Source of the DNA: the human T2T-CHM13v2.0 reference genome, Homo sapiens
DNA length: 64,000 nt
Assembly: GCF_009914755.1 (NCBI RefSeq)
Contig: NC_060931.1
Strand: one strand, 5' to 3'
Below are positions 26,436 through 40,988 of this stretch, piece after piece; position 1 is the stretch's first letter; every line of letters begins with the position of its first letter. Under the pieces are notes generated by a model. That model saw nothing but the letters and a program-made list of their open reading frames with translations, was not told the DNA's origin and did not search any database. The translations under genes were made by a program, and so were the position numbers.

Positions 26436-28267
26436 TTATCGCATGCGTAGAAAGTTGGTAAGAACTAGAGTTCAGTTTCTGGAAGATGACTGTCTACTTT
26501 TTTATTTCATCTTTCTTTACTCTTCACTTTGTCTCCTAAAGTAGCTCCCCAGCAGGTATCTTCATCTCTCTTCCCGTTCTTGCCTCTAAACACAGGTCTG
26601 TTCTTATTCATACCAGCTTGTCTCTCCCCACCAGGCCTGAGCTGACCTGAGCATGCCAGGGCCTCTTTCTACCCACTGTTCCAGCCCTGCTGCTCTCCTG
26701 CTGATTATTTGAATTATGTTTCAAGATATAGCTTAAATGTAACCTAAAAAATATGAAACCTCCCATTTTCTTTCTTTAGTTAACATAACACCTCGCTCCT
26801 GTCATAATTATTGTTCCTATCACATGGTATCATAATTATTAGAGTGTTTCTCTCCACTAGGCAAAGACCTTTCTAGAGAGAAAGCCTAGGTCGTATCTGG
26901 CCCTGTATTCTACCATCTGGGACATAGTTGGCACTCAGAAAATGTTTCCTGAACTTCTGAAACATTGAGTGCTCTAATTGAACTATGTGCACAGTACGGT
27001 ATTACTTTTCAGAATTAGGTCATTCAAAATCCTAAAGATATTTTTCAGCTTTCATTTCTGAGCCTTAAATTTAAGGTACCTGAACTAACATTTCACTAAG
27101 GCATGTTTGAAACCCATATTATGGATGAGTATCTATGACTTTATCTGATGCTTTTTATACTGTTGTATAGATTGTAGTATGACTTTGTTTCTCAGTACCT
27201 TCCAGTGATTTGTTTGCCATTTGCTGATCTGGATTGGTGATGTAGTTATTCCAGAGACTAGCTGATTACAGTGCCCTCAGGGACTGATAAAGTTATTTTA
27301 ATAGAAATCCATTTGCCCTTTTATGAAATGAATGCCCCCAAAGTCTATAGAATTGTCACGTTGTAGTGAATGTGCTGTTGTTGTTATTATAATACACTTT
27401 GTAGGTACTAAACTACTTCTGCGGCTGCTTCTACTGCTCATCGCACCATCTGTGTTGAATACCAGTCATTAGCCCTCTTTTTCAGTCTGATGATTTTTTA
27501 AATTCATTTTTCCTTTGAATCCATTGGATTCCTTCTCCTGTCACTTTCCCCATGCTTCTTGGATTAGACAACACTAACACCATTTTTAGGGCTGTTGCTA
27601 GCTAGCCCTTGAGAAAGTCCCGTTTTTAGAGATTTCTGGTTACCTTTAGCATTGAGAACTGCTCCTGCTTCATTTATTTCTTCTTAGAGTTTTGCTTTAA
27701 AAGATACAGTAAAACAATGCAACATGATACCCTGGTTTACCAAGGTCTTCTTGGCTCCTAGAGAAAGGATTTGCGACAACTTTACTGAATTATGTTTGCT
27801 TAAAGTGAACTACACCTTGATAGCAATTTAAGATTCTCAACATATAAGATGTTATTAGTATTCCATAAAACTTGGATTTATGAGAAACCAAAAAGTTTAA
27901 AGTATTTTAGAAGTATTTTTAAAGCTAGTTTCATATCCTGCAGCAAGAAAACCATAAATTTCTCTCTGACAAAGGAATCAGAATCTGTTAAAAGCATTTG
28001 TCAGTGATACATTAATATTCACGATAGCTCATGCAATATTGCTTAGTTTTTGGTTTGTTTTTCCCCCCAAGTTGAGACTTTGAATACAGCAGCATTTAAA
28101 AGGGAACACATGTAGCTCGAAAGGATGTCACCTTCATTCCTGGGTTGTGCATCCCCCTGGAGTTGTTGACCTGGAAGTTCTAATAGAATATGTGTTAAAA
28201 ATACGGGAAACATATTATTTTAACATCAAAAGAGGAACAAAGAAAAAGATTGTTTTTGCTTTTCCCA

Positions 28268-28284
28268 ACTGCCCTCTGGTGGCA
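28268..28284 (-). promoter_or_regulatory. CTCF binding motif (strong match)
   Basis: Minus strand TGCCACCAGAGGGCAGT fits the CCASYAGRKGGCRS core exactly, in unique sequence. Confidence 0.65.
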
Positions 28285-30609
28285 AAGGCACAACAGACAG
28301 CAAAGACGTTTAACAAAGATTCTTGCTGTGTAGGTGCTGCTGGTGGTTCTTACGAGGCTCTTAAACCAAAGTCTGTACTGTACATGTGTGCTTCTGAAAA
28401 AGAAGAACAGAATATTGGGTCTCATAATTACATTTTACTTCCCAGCGGCATCTGTTCTTATCATAGTAGCACCAGGCTCTACTAGCTCAGTCAATACTTG
28501 TATATTAACAAGAGACAATCGATAGAAAAATTAAAAGGAAAAGTCAAGGTAATTAGGCTAAAGCTGCTGCTTATGGGTTTTCAATAATTACTTTAGCTTC
28601 CTCTTGTTTTCCCATCTCCAGAAAAATAGGGCCTGATTGAAGGCCCTGATTGAAGGGCCTGGGTCGTGTTTGACTGAGGACATGTCAAAATTATACAAAG
28701 CCAAGCAGGAAATAAAATTAAGCTGTATTTGTTTTAGAGCAGTAAAAGGGGCTTTGCATGATGGCATGGGAAGAATAGATGTTGATTTAAATGTACCCCT
28801 TAGCAGCTGTGCCATTGTTGGTACCTGTTTCATGTCATCAGTTTCTGTACTACTGGCAGTAGCCCACTCAAAAGCACTATGACATGTCATGTATTAAATT
28901 AAAGCTCCAGAGGAAGATAGCGAATGGATTTCTCCCCAAAACATCAGGATATGTTTGGAAACTAGATGCCATCCTTTATGAAACCATGAAATTAGTCAAA
29001 ACCCCCCCCATGGTTGCCATTGTGGGCCATACTTGGGCCATTGTTCTTTATGGACATAATTGCTAGAGATCACTGTCCGTTTAGTGAGGCTTAATCAACA
29101 AGCCACACACATTGTGTGAAGGAGTCTAATCTTTGGTTTTGAGCTACTTGGGTGTTTTCGTGCCCTGATGCTGTGAAATCTTCTAAATACATCAGAGCCA
29201 CCCTGCTTCTCACTGCTGCTTAGTAGGTTGGTGTGTCTGCCTCCTAGGGGAAGGAGAAAACCAGAGGATTTCCTAGTTTTGGAGAGAGAACTCTGAGGAG
29301 GAAGGATAGGCTACTGAGAGAGAGATTTCATTTTTTATGTTCATTTACAGTCTTCATTTGCACTATTTCTGTCAGCTCAAAGTACTTTATAAACTTTACA
29401 ACCAAATTATGTACCAACATCATTTCATTCATTGCTGATATATAGCTGTTAAACATCTGCCAGGTACACATTTCCTGGAGGCAAAAAAAAAAAATGTGGA
29501 AGAGAATTAGATCTTGTTAAATGTTCAGAGAAAATGTAGATATGGGGCATATTATATGAAGATATTTATTGAGCACCTATGTACAAGGCATTATAGAAGA
29601 CATCTTAGGTACAGGAAATATAGCAAACTCTTAACTCTGCCCCTCATCACCACTGCCCCCTTGAACCTCCCCTCCTTCCCTCCTAAGTTTGTTAATCAAA
29701 AGTGAGTAATAGAGCCAGGATTTGAATCCAGGAGAGTCTGATTTAAAAGCACAAACCTTTCATTACGATTTTTACTTGATGTTTAAAAGAAAGCCTCTCT
29801 AGGGGAAGAAGAAATGTACGAAGCTGGTATTAACTCAGTGAACCCAAAATCTAACTGATGATAGAGTTGTTGGTTTGGGAGAGTGAGATAGAAGAGTATT
29901 GAATTAAATGTACATGCCCAAAGGCATTGAAAAGTTAAGATGAGGAAGCACAGATAGTACTAGAGCTTTGATGAGAACTGTTGTTAATTATTTTTAATGC
30001 CACAAATGGCTTTATATTATTCCACCACTGGTTAAGCTTGCATGTGTGAATCCCTGCTGTCTGTAAAACCTCCAGCAAGTAAAACCTTTGCTGATTGGTG
30101 ACTTGGCTCTGTCATTTTTATAAGACTGTACCGAGGCTCGCAGAAAATGCTTGATTCTATACACCCTTTAGCTAAGGCCAATGAATTGCACATGCAGCCA
30201 AACCTGGACAAAGCTGATCGCTACATTTTTGCTGCTTTTTGCTCATGATCCCAAGCGTATAGAAGGTTCTAGCTGATGATTTCATGGTGAAACTAGTACA
30301 TAATAAGCATTTGTGTTTTTTACTTAAAAAAAAGTTATTCCAAATGCATAATCACTTCTGGATCAGCAATGTCTAGAAATTTGCCAAGGAGATAATTTTT
30401 GAAAGTTCACTTTTTCTCCCCTTTCTTGATCCTTTTTATTTAATCATTCCCAGGAAAGGTTCTTTCTACTGCTCTGCCTTTTTTCTTTTATTTTTGTTGC
30501 TTCCATTGTCACTCCATATTTTTTGTCTTTACCGTTTTGATTTTCACCCTATAGAAAGTTTGTGTGCCAAATACCAAATAAGAATGATGGGATATTATGC
30601 AAGCACTAA

Positions 30610-30850
30610 GGCAGTAGAGTGTAGTTATGTAATAAGAGCTTACACTCGAGTACAGCTGCCTGGTTTGAATCTCAACTGTTCTTTTAATTAATTATATAAT
30701 CTTTAGTAAGTTCTTTAAACTTACTGTCTAATTTTATCTATAAAATGAGAATTATAGAAGTATCTATCTTCTAGCATTGTTATCAATATTAAATGACTAA
30801 CATATAGGAAGTATTTTGTACACAGTGTTCTATAAATAAATGTTAACCTA
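30610..30850 (+). mobile_element. MIR
   Basis: ggcagtagagtgtagt..taagagc...tgcctggtttgaatctc...tctataaaatgag...ataaatgtta. Confidence 0.75.
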
Positions 30851-33815
30851 TTTAATAACAAAAACTTATTAAATTATGTCTGTAAGGTATGTGTAATGAT
30901 ACAGAAAATGTTCATGAGAGAACTTTAAGAAACAGGATATAAAGTGACATGATCACAGCTATTAAAACAAGCATTTAAACATTTTTGAAAAGACTGGAAT
31001 AAAATAGAACAAAATATTAATTATGGTTTATTTTAGAACTATTGCCTCCTGTTACTCTTTTTTTTTTTTTTTTTTTCCTGTTTGGGTTACTTATCACAAT
31101 CCACAGTTATAGTATTGGTCTATTTAGTTGGTTTTGATGGTCTCTCCTTCTAGCATGTATGTTTTAAATGAGAAAGGACTCAAGTCAATCTTTTTCTACC
31201 ATTATATATTGTGTCTAATGCCAAGTGTCTGGCACAAGACTTCTCTTCAATAAGTACGTGTTAAGTGAATATGTTTACCTCTTACTTTTCTGTGTTTTTC
31301 AGTCATATTAACAGAAAATCCCTGTTACAACATTTTTTAAAAAGGCTATTTTTAAAACATTAGCTCAGCTTTGTTAAAGGCTTAAAATAGGTAACCTTAA
31401 AAGTATTACCCTATAGTTCATGGTAAAGTATCAAAGAAGAAGAAAAAATTTCTCATATTACATGTTCACTTGTTTTGTTTTGTTTTTAGAAGTGGCCATT
31501 CCAACTCACAGCCTTTATTTATTTTAAATTTTTGATGTTTTTCTTGTTAGCTTTTAATCAGTCTGAGAAAATCCTAGGTATATTTAATTTTCCCCTATTC
31601 TGTTTTACACAAACTAAAGCTCTTCCTTTTTGATTAGGATAGTTAGTTTCAAGTGACATAAAGAACTTTCGTTACTTTGCTAGTTAAATGTTACCTTAAA
31701 GCCTTATTGTAGGTGAGGAAATATCCCTTTTTTTAATTCCAAAAATTGTAGCATGATTAATGAACTCACAGATTCCTTTAGTGGTTTACTCTGTGTTAAT
31801 TATCCCAGTGCCAGAGTTTCTACCTAGTATGCTTTGACTCACTGGGCCACAGTGCATTTCTGCCTAAGGCTGGGTTACATGTAACTTACCTGCAGATATG
31901 CCAGTGAGAGGAATACGTGTTTCTTTGCCAGAGACTTTGCTTTCCAGTAAAACTTGGCCTTGGCATTCGTTGTTGAGGTTCATAAGGTTTTCTGTTAGCT
32001 CTGTAATTCAGTGCTCATTTTTAAAGATGAAACTTCAGTGAAATAGGATTGTAACGATACACACAGGTTCATACAGAGAAAATTCAAACAGAATGCAGAA
32101 ACCTTCTCATCTGTTACTAAAAAATTTCAAAGCCAGAGATGCAGCCCATCTTTCTCGTGATTCCTCATTCAACTGCCAGACTGACAGCAGGAAATTCTAC
32201 CATGATCCTTATGAGTCAGGGCAGAGTTTTCTCTTTTCTAAAGAGGGTCTCACTGAAGGACTTTAGAGAAAGCAAAAACAGGAGATGAGAGAAAGAGAGA
32301 AGGAAATAACTTGAGGAAAGTCAGAGGTTCAGACTGGTATTTATTGACTGGGTAATACTAGTAGTACAACTACACCTGGGGAATGTTAGGAATTAGGTCC
32401 AGACAAAAGGTATGTTGTTTGAAGCAGCACTTAGAAAAACATCCACTTCTCTGAATCTTTGGTTGAAGTGACGTAATTAGATGTGCATAATGAATCTTCC
32501 AGTAGCATTTTGTTACTCTGAAGGTCTGAGACTTTTCTGAGCCCTTAACTCCAAGTTGGTAGTATCTTCAGTTTTCTGAAATACCATGCTATTATTGCTC
32601 TATATTAAGATCTGTTGTTTAATATAATATTGGAAAGTATTGCAGCGAACACACCTAAAAGTAATTACTATTGAAAGTAATGTAGTCCAGAATAAAGACA
32701 ACTGTACGCTGAGTAGAAGGAATAAATGGTACAGGTTGAATTTTTCTTATGGCAGTGGTAGTACTGTTGGGGATGGTGGTCACTATCACTGTTATTTTAT
32801 TTTTCTTACAGGGAATAAACTTGGCATGTTTAACTTGTGGTTAGAACGCCAAGAAGACTAATATTATAGTATATAGTAACATTTATTTAAAATCACACTA
32901 GAAATAGTCATAGAAATTGATATGCTGTATCAAATGAAATAATTTGTGAATTGATTTTGAAATGCGTGTACATTGAAGTGTATGTTGGTAAAATGATGAT
33001 GGTGATGTACCTTTCTGACCTTGGTGTATTCATTTACCCTTGTCAAAAAATAAAGGTGATTTGAGCTGTTTTGCTCCTCAGAGGATCCAACTGACCATAT
33101 AACCTGACTTCCTAGCCACTCTGTTGCTCCCCGCTCCTTCATCCCCACGCCAACATAACTGCTCCTATTCTGAGACAGTGTTTTAAATCTGTATTATTCA
33201 GCAAGAAAAACACAACAGTCAGGGAGAATATCAATTATTTTCTTGCCTATCCGTACCATCACATAATTGCAACATCTACATCCTGATCGAAGATTTGGTC
33301 TTTCAGATTCAGAATGTCTCATTAGCTTTTTGCTCCCTGTCTCATACTGAAAAAGGAGAATCTAAACAGTCACAAAGACTAGCAGACCAGTAGATTTTCT
33401 CTTCCCGTGGGCATATACCTAAATCTTTGTGCTAGACCAGCCCTATTTGCAGATCTAAGAGCTGCTGGTGTATTATGACCAGAGACACTGCAAAGCCTGT
33501 ATTGCCCCCAGATTTTTGTTTTCACTGATCAATTATTGACCTGTCATCTTTCTACCTGGCCTAAGATTTCTACCATGATAGTTAATACTTTGGCTTAGAC
33601 AATGAACCTGAGGATTTTTTTTCAAGAATGATACAGTTTTGAAGAAAGACCTTAGATCTTAGAACTCTACAGTGACCCTTCTTCACTAACACACTGTATC
33701 AGTAATCTAGGAGAGTATGAGCTAGGCAGGTTTCAACATGGGGAAAGTGAAGCCTATCAATCAATGAGCCCCAGGGATGAGAGGAACCACATGAAGGCCC
33801 AGATTGCCTAGGCAT

Positions 33816-34342
33816 TGCAGAGTTGCACTGGGGTCCCCAAAATTACTCCCAGGTTTGGAGATTCACTAGAAGGACTTATGGAACCTTAGCATGTAATTTT
33901 ATTTATGGCTATGATTTATTACAGTGAGGTAGTAAGGTTACTCAACTGGATAACAAGGGGAAAAAGCACAGGTGTTGAGGTCTAGAGAAATCCATGTACA
34001 GGCTTCCTGTGCTCTCTCCCTTCCCTGAGAGGGTCATATAGAGCACAGTCTTCCCCAACAGACAAAAATGCAGCATTTGCGAGAGATTCAGTGCCTAAGA
34101 TAAGGGAGTTGTCACCTGGTCACGTCAGCAACTCTCTCACTAGCATAAACCAAAATTTCAGACTTCCAGAAGGAAATCAGGTATTTGGCATAAACCATGT
34201 TATTTGCACAGTCTAGCATAGGAAACTACCCTTATCAGTCAGGGAAAGGTAAGCTCACTTCCAAAACCCTAGTTCCCAAATGCTACTCCAAGGCCAACCT
34301 TGCAGACAGGCCCTTCTTAAGATAGCAGCCTCAGACTGCACA
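33816..34342 (-). mobile_element. MER77/MER21-family LTR
   Basis: ggggtccccaa..ccaggtttggagattcactagaaggac...atggctatgatttattacag...aggccaaccttgca...aagatagcagcctcag. Confidence 0.78.
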
Positions 34343-34748
34343 AAGATAAGTACTTGGCTTCAAGGATTTCAGTGGATAGGCAACATGTAAAAATAGGCTC
34401 AGGAGCCTGGACAGTTGCTGCCTGTTTTCATACATGAGAGATAAATACTTTTGTGCTTGCATTCGTACATATAACTCACTATTAGTAATCTAAGGGAACT
34501 TCATTACTTGGAAATTAAATTCAGGAGATTTTGGTGCCCTGCTCTTTTGTTTGAGAATCACTGCCCTCTGTGATAGGCTTTTCACTGGAGCCTGAAGGGA
34601 TGATGGAAAGGAGAGATATTCCCCCAGATGGCCTACTTTACAATTTTATCCATATCTCTGGGTCCTGATGGATGGTGGCCCATATTTAAAAGCTTTCCGC
34701 ATAATCAGAATGAAGAACTCTAAAAATGTGACTTAATTGTTTTGAGTC

Positions 34749-35040
34749 TTTTTTTTTGAGCCAGAGTCTCACTCTGTCTCTCATTGTGGAGTGCAGCAGC
34801 ATGATCTCGGCTCATTGCAACCTCTACCTCCCAGGTTCAAGTGATTCTCATATCTCAGCCTCCGGAGTAGCTGAGACTATAGGGGCGCACCACCACACTC
34901 AGATAATTTTTTGTATTTTTAATAGAGATGGGGTTTCGCCATGTTGGCCAGGCTGGTCTTCAACTCCTGACCTCAGGTGATCCACCCACTTTGGCCTCCT
35001 AAAGTGCTGGGATTACAGGCATGAGCCACCAGGCCTGGCC
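34749..35040 (-). mobile_element. AluSx/Sz-like
   Basis: Reverse Alu; TSD TGTTTTGAG at 34738-34746 and 35041-35049. Confidence 0.95.
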
Positions 35041-35300
35041 TGTTTTGAGCTTGTTCAATCTATGTCATAAGTAAACCTAATCTTGTTAAACTTCAAAGGA
35101 ATAATATTGTGTCTAAAATTTCAATTCAAGCACTGAGCATGATATGAACTAGTATCTTAACATCAAACCAATGGTCAATTATTTTTCTAAGCTAAATTGC
35201 TTCTCCTTTTACAGTACCTTGAGGTTCAGTAGAAGACGAACCCTAACACTTGTTTAAGATATTCTGCTCTCCCTTATTGGGCTTCCTAAAGGTGGTTGGC

Positions 35301-35302
<2 letters not shown>

Positions 35303-35332
<30 letters not shown>
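35303..35332. repeat. T30 homopolymer
   Basis: 30 uninterrupted T. Confidence 0.95.
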
Positions 35333-35337
<5 letters not shown>

Positions 35338-35933
35338 GTGGATTTTGGTGCCATGAACTCTAAGCAGATAAGCCACTGAGACCAAAATGGGATTGCTTTA
35401 AATTTAGCAGAAGTGAAGGAATGGTACAAGGCCTAATGTGTTTTTCTTGGGTCATAAGCAGAGAAGGGAGGTTGTATATTAGAATTATCTGAGGACTCAG
35501 ATTACATGGGCTTCTGTTTCTCCACTACATCCACTTCCCATTGTCTCCTTTCCCTGAAGACTCTGGATTCTGTGTGTCCTTAACAGTGAGCCATTGTCAT
35601 GATCATGGATGGAAATGTGCTTGATATTTCAAGCATATTTAGATCTTGATGTGTTTAAGGATCATTGACCTGAAACACTTTTCAGGGTATCCATTGAACT
35701 CCATTTCCTTAATAGGTCTTACACTCTTTTGGTTTTATATGGAGTTCCCTAATCGGAGATTCAGAGCACCATTGGTAGCTCACTTTCTTCTGTAATGAAT
35801 ATATATGTAAAGCAGAATGCCTGTGGTGCTTCATGCTGTGAGGAATCCAGCTTTAAAACTATGGTCTAGGTAGTGTGCTGCTAGAGAACGTGAGTAACTG
35901 TTGTGTGAGGGGATTATGGACTTGTTTTTAACC

Positions 35934-36229
35934 TTTTTTTTTTTTTGAAATAGGGCCTCATTCTGTCTCCCAGGCTGGAGCACAGTGGCACAGTCATGGC
36001 TCACTGCAACCCAAATCTCCTGGTTCAAGTGACCCTCCCACCTCAGCCTCCCAAGTAGCTGGGACCATAGGCTCACACCACCATGCCCAAATAATACAGT
36101 TTATTTTCTGTAGATAGGGGATCTCCCTATGTTGCCCAAGCTGGTCTCAAACTCTTGGGCTCAAGCTGTCTTCTTACCTTGTCCTCCCAAAGTGTTGGGG
36201 CTTACAGGTATGAGCCACTGTGCCCAGCC
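35934..36229 (-). mobile_element. AluJ
   Basis: Reverse Alu with J diagnostics (catggctcactgca, ctccctatgttgccc). Confidence 0.93.
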
Positions 36230-37185
36230 TTGAACTTTTTTGATGGGAAAACTTACAAAGACCCATTTTTGGAGAAGATAAAGTTTCCTGAAATACAAGA
36301 ATCACACCACTTGGACAGACGTTGTTTGTATTTCACGCCCACACTAGTGTGTTAGTGTGGAGAAGGACCATTTTGGAAGAAAGTACTTTTTCCTCTGAAC
36401 TGGTTTCCTGAATCCTTTTGAGTTTCATGTTTTATGGAAGACCATCAAAATATTTGGAAGGCCAGCTTATTTCATGGTCACAAAGGCAGCTTTAATTGCT
36501 TGCATAAAGTTGGAGCTTGTCTTTCTCCTTTTCCAACAAAGTGACATTTATTAGCAATTCTCTGGTAGTTATTTGTAATTGCACTAGTATTCACCATTCC
36601 CAAATGTTACAATTAAATCATTTGAGAGTCTAGTCACATTTCTAAGCAGATGTACCAAATTACAGCTCAAGACTTCTGCTTGAAATCTACAAATCCAATT
36701 AGTAAAATTTTGGGGCTGGGAAGGGTTAGCCAGGGAAAGACCTGAGAAAACACATAGCCCAAAATAGTTTGAAATTTCCTTGCTGCTTTGCCTCCACCCA
36801 AAGTTGATTTGTCAGCATGTAAGGGGGTGTTACATCTTTTCAGAAACTGCTTGGTTTTCTTTTCATTCAAGTTTAATTGGTTTTCATGGACTGAATTGAA
36901 GCAGGAAGGCATAAGTTAGGTAGATGATGTAAGTGAGCAAATCTCCATGTATAGCAGCATCTTGATTTGGGTGTTTGTTCTTTGTTGTTCTTTTATTTCT
37001 GTCAAAACCACAGCTTCATATATAGCTCTTTTTGTCACATGAGTTTTTACGTTGTCTTAAAACTGTGAAACAGTTACATTTAGTTTTCCTTTTTATCTTG
37101 ATTCAAGAGCCCTTGAAACTATCCTTTTACATACTATTTTTTTTCACTTGGAACGGCTACTCTATTATATTCTCTGAATTTTCTA

Positions 37186-37526
<341 letters not shown>

Positions 37527-37654
37527 AGACCATTATCTAAAATTTCTTCCTCTAGTAAGTATTCCTTTTCTGGAGGACTCATTTATGTTTCTCAGCACTT
37601 AAGAATTTAATTTTACTTGTTTTAAAAGGCGGACTCTGTGATGAAGAGGAAAAA

Positions 37655-37810
37655 GCGAAAAAAGCATGGGTGCAGAGTCCTAAGTTTTTGGACTTGCAAC
37701 TGCCTTTGCTGCTTTCTGTCTCTGTGAATTTGGTCAGATCAGTTAATTTCCCAGTCCACAATATTCTCATCATAAAATGGGACTAATGGTACCCACCTTT
37801 CTGGGATGAT
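37655..37810 (+). mobile_element. MIR
   Basis: tgtgaatttgg.cag.tca.ttaa...ctcatcataaaatgggac. Confidence 0.6.
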
Positions 37811-37829
37811 GTTTTCTCGTTTGCTTATT

Positions 37830-38050
37830 TGTTCTTTCATTGATTCAGGATATGCATTGAGCATTTACCCTGTGTGAAGCCCTGTGCCAACACCAGAATG
37901 TCAGGAAGGACATAGTCTATGCTCTCATAAAACCCACCATCTATTAGGGAAAATGAACATTAAAAAAGTGGTTATAAGTGTGATCACTGTTTAAAAACAA
38001 AAAACAAAAAAGAGTGAGTACAGGATGCCATGGGAGCATTAAACAGAAGC
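37830..38050 (-). mobile_element. L2 3' end
   Basis: cattgattca..tattgagcatt...gccctgtgc...acaggatgccatgggagca. Confidence 0.6.
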
Positions 38051-38949
38051 AGCAAGTAGAAACCATCAGTCTTTCTTTTTTGATGGGGTATGGAGAGAAG
38101 GCACAAGTAACTTGACTCAACGTGTAAATGTTAACTTAATGAATGTCTTCACGAAGGATGAGGAAAAATAGGCCTTGTTTTGCTGCCCTTAGCAAAGCTT
38201 GCAGGTGTTTCACCAGTCTCAGTTTCCCAGTTCTTCTCAACCTTTGACCGCTCCACTGGCTCTGTCAGACATCATCCCACACAGATGCCCACCTCTGATG
38301 CCATGTTTTGCTAATGCCATCCTGCTTAGGCAAAGCTGGTTCATTTGTCTTCCTTTCTCTGTTATTTGATCACTTCCACTTCTGCAACACCATTCTTTTT
38401 ATCCTTATCCTGAGGAATATTCTTGATATTTTTCTTCGTCATATTGACCAACTCTTTTAAAGATCAAAGAACTCAATCTTTTAAAAATGTGCTTTATGTG
38501 TAAATTATGTTCTGTGCCTTTTCAGCTTAAATGTATAAATATAGAAAACTTGATCCATTAGGAATAGGAATGGGAAGAAGCTGAGGTAACTGTTCTTTCC
38601 AAAGACCAACTTTGTAGTCCTCATTGTAACTGTTTATTTTCTGAATCTGCTACCTTACTGTGGTCTCAGTGAGGCAGGATGAGAATTTATTCACCTTTGT
38701 GTTACTAGCATTGACATCCAAGGATGACAGACACTTGATAAAATGTTGTCTAAGTAAGGGACTATATTAACAAACATTTAGGGCTGAGCTTAGATGATAT
38801 CTAAACAACAACCCAAAACTCTAGAAATCAGCTATGTAAATATCTAATAGGCACTGCAAGATATAATTACTACTACAGAGATATACTGAAGACATTAAAT
38901 CGCCCTACCAGGGGAGGTGCAGAAGAGCTCGATGAATGTTATACTATTT

Positions 38950-39900
38950 ATGTTAAAGGCTGACAAGAATTTCTCCAGGTGAACAAGGAAGGAAGCACAT
39001 TCCTGCCTGAGGAGTCAACCTGCAGAAAGCATAGAATTGGAAAGAATCTCACATTTTTGCACAGCTACAAGTTTCTCACTGTACCTAGCATGCTGAGTGT
39101 ATTTAGTGGCGTGAACTTGAGGCTGGAAGGGTGGGGCGAGGCTGGAGCCTAACGGCCTGTTTTACAGAGGACTCAGAACTTTAGACTTTATGGGTTGTGG
39201 AATGTTGAAGGAGTGTAAGTCAAAATGATTTGATCAGATTTGAACTTTTAGCAGGTGGAAAAAAGGGAAGAGAAGGTGATTATAATTCTTCTAATGTGCC
39301 AAAAATTCACATTCTTTATATATACTAACTCATTTAATCTTCACATCTTTGATGCCCACAATAATGTGTCAGTCACGTAGAGGATGTTTTGAATGGGGGC
39401 AAAACCAAAGGCAACGAAAGTAGTTTATTATAATACCCTGGTTGAGAAATGATGGGTCCTTGAAATCAGATTGTTTCAGTAAGGCTGAGATGAGGGGTTT
39501 TGTCACAAGAATTGACAGGTCTTAGCCTGTTGGAGGTAAAGGGGAGGGAGAAGGCCATGGTGATCCCCCAATTCTGCCCTGGGCAGCTGGCGATGGCAGT
39601 GCCTTTCTCTGAGCTAGAGACTGAGAGCAGAAGCAGCTTTCTGGAGAAAGATGTTAAGTTTAGGTTCGAATTTGTGGCATTTGAGGTCCCAAACAAAAAC
39701 TGAGAAGGAATACGCTTGTTAGTTAGGAATGCCTCTCAAGAGCTCAAAGGGCTATCAGTAAAAGGTTTATGGAAGGGAGTTGTTGGTACTTGGGTGCTAG
39801 CTGGAACCATGTCAGTAGTGGAACTATGGAGGTTGTTAAATAAGAAGAGAACTGGGTGACACTTTAGGGAACATAACCATTTAAGGAATGGTCAGAGGAT
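38950..39900 (-). mobile_element. Degenerate L2 body
   Basis: Purine-rich L2-like tracts (gatcagatttga, gatggcagtgcctttctctgag, aagtttaggtt..gtggcatttgagg). Confidence 0.55.
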
Positions 39901-40552
39901 GGGGACTAAAGGGAAGATTCTACTACTATATACTGTTAACATTTTTACTGTGATAAAATCATTAGCCATCATAAATGTACAGTATTGATTGATTATATGA
40001 GATGCTCTGATGTACTATGAGCTATGCATATGTACTGTTTTAAAGTCCAACTTGATTTTACTTTAATGCTAACAAATAAGACAAACATCACATATTTAGT
40101 TAATAATAATTTTCTTTCTGTCTTAGAATTTAGAAGGGCTAAGAAGTATTACTTCTAAGATGTGGTCTAAAGCTCTTCAAAGGGACTAAATTGATGCTTT
40201 CTTTTTCTCTACATATTTGCCCTTGCTCTTTATGAGGAGGGATTGTTTGCATTTTCCCACAGATCTGTAAACATAGTTTTATAGTTGCTGGTCAGTGAAT
40301 GCGTATTGATGATGTTCTTTTCCCTACTTAAAACAAAAATCTTGCCAGAAATGTTGACCCTACATTTTTTCCAACATACCTTTCTCTATCAACTTAGTCT
40401 ATTTAAAATATAATGAAAAGCTGAGAAACAGGCTAAAGACCAACAGAAAATAAGTGCTAACAAATCCTTCATTTACCAGTTTTATTTCTGCAAGACTTAC
40501 TTGAAGTTATATAAATTCTTCACACTATGAAACAGTTAGTAAACCATTTGTT

Positions 40553-40988
<436 letters not shown>

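Noticed and set aside
28147-29066. Cluster of six overlapping ORFs on both strands
   Set aside because: No recognisable protein similarity or consistent exon structure; better explained as non-coding regulatory DNA
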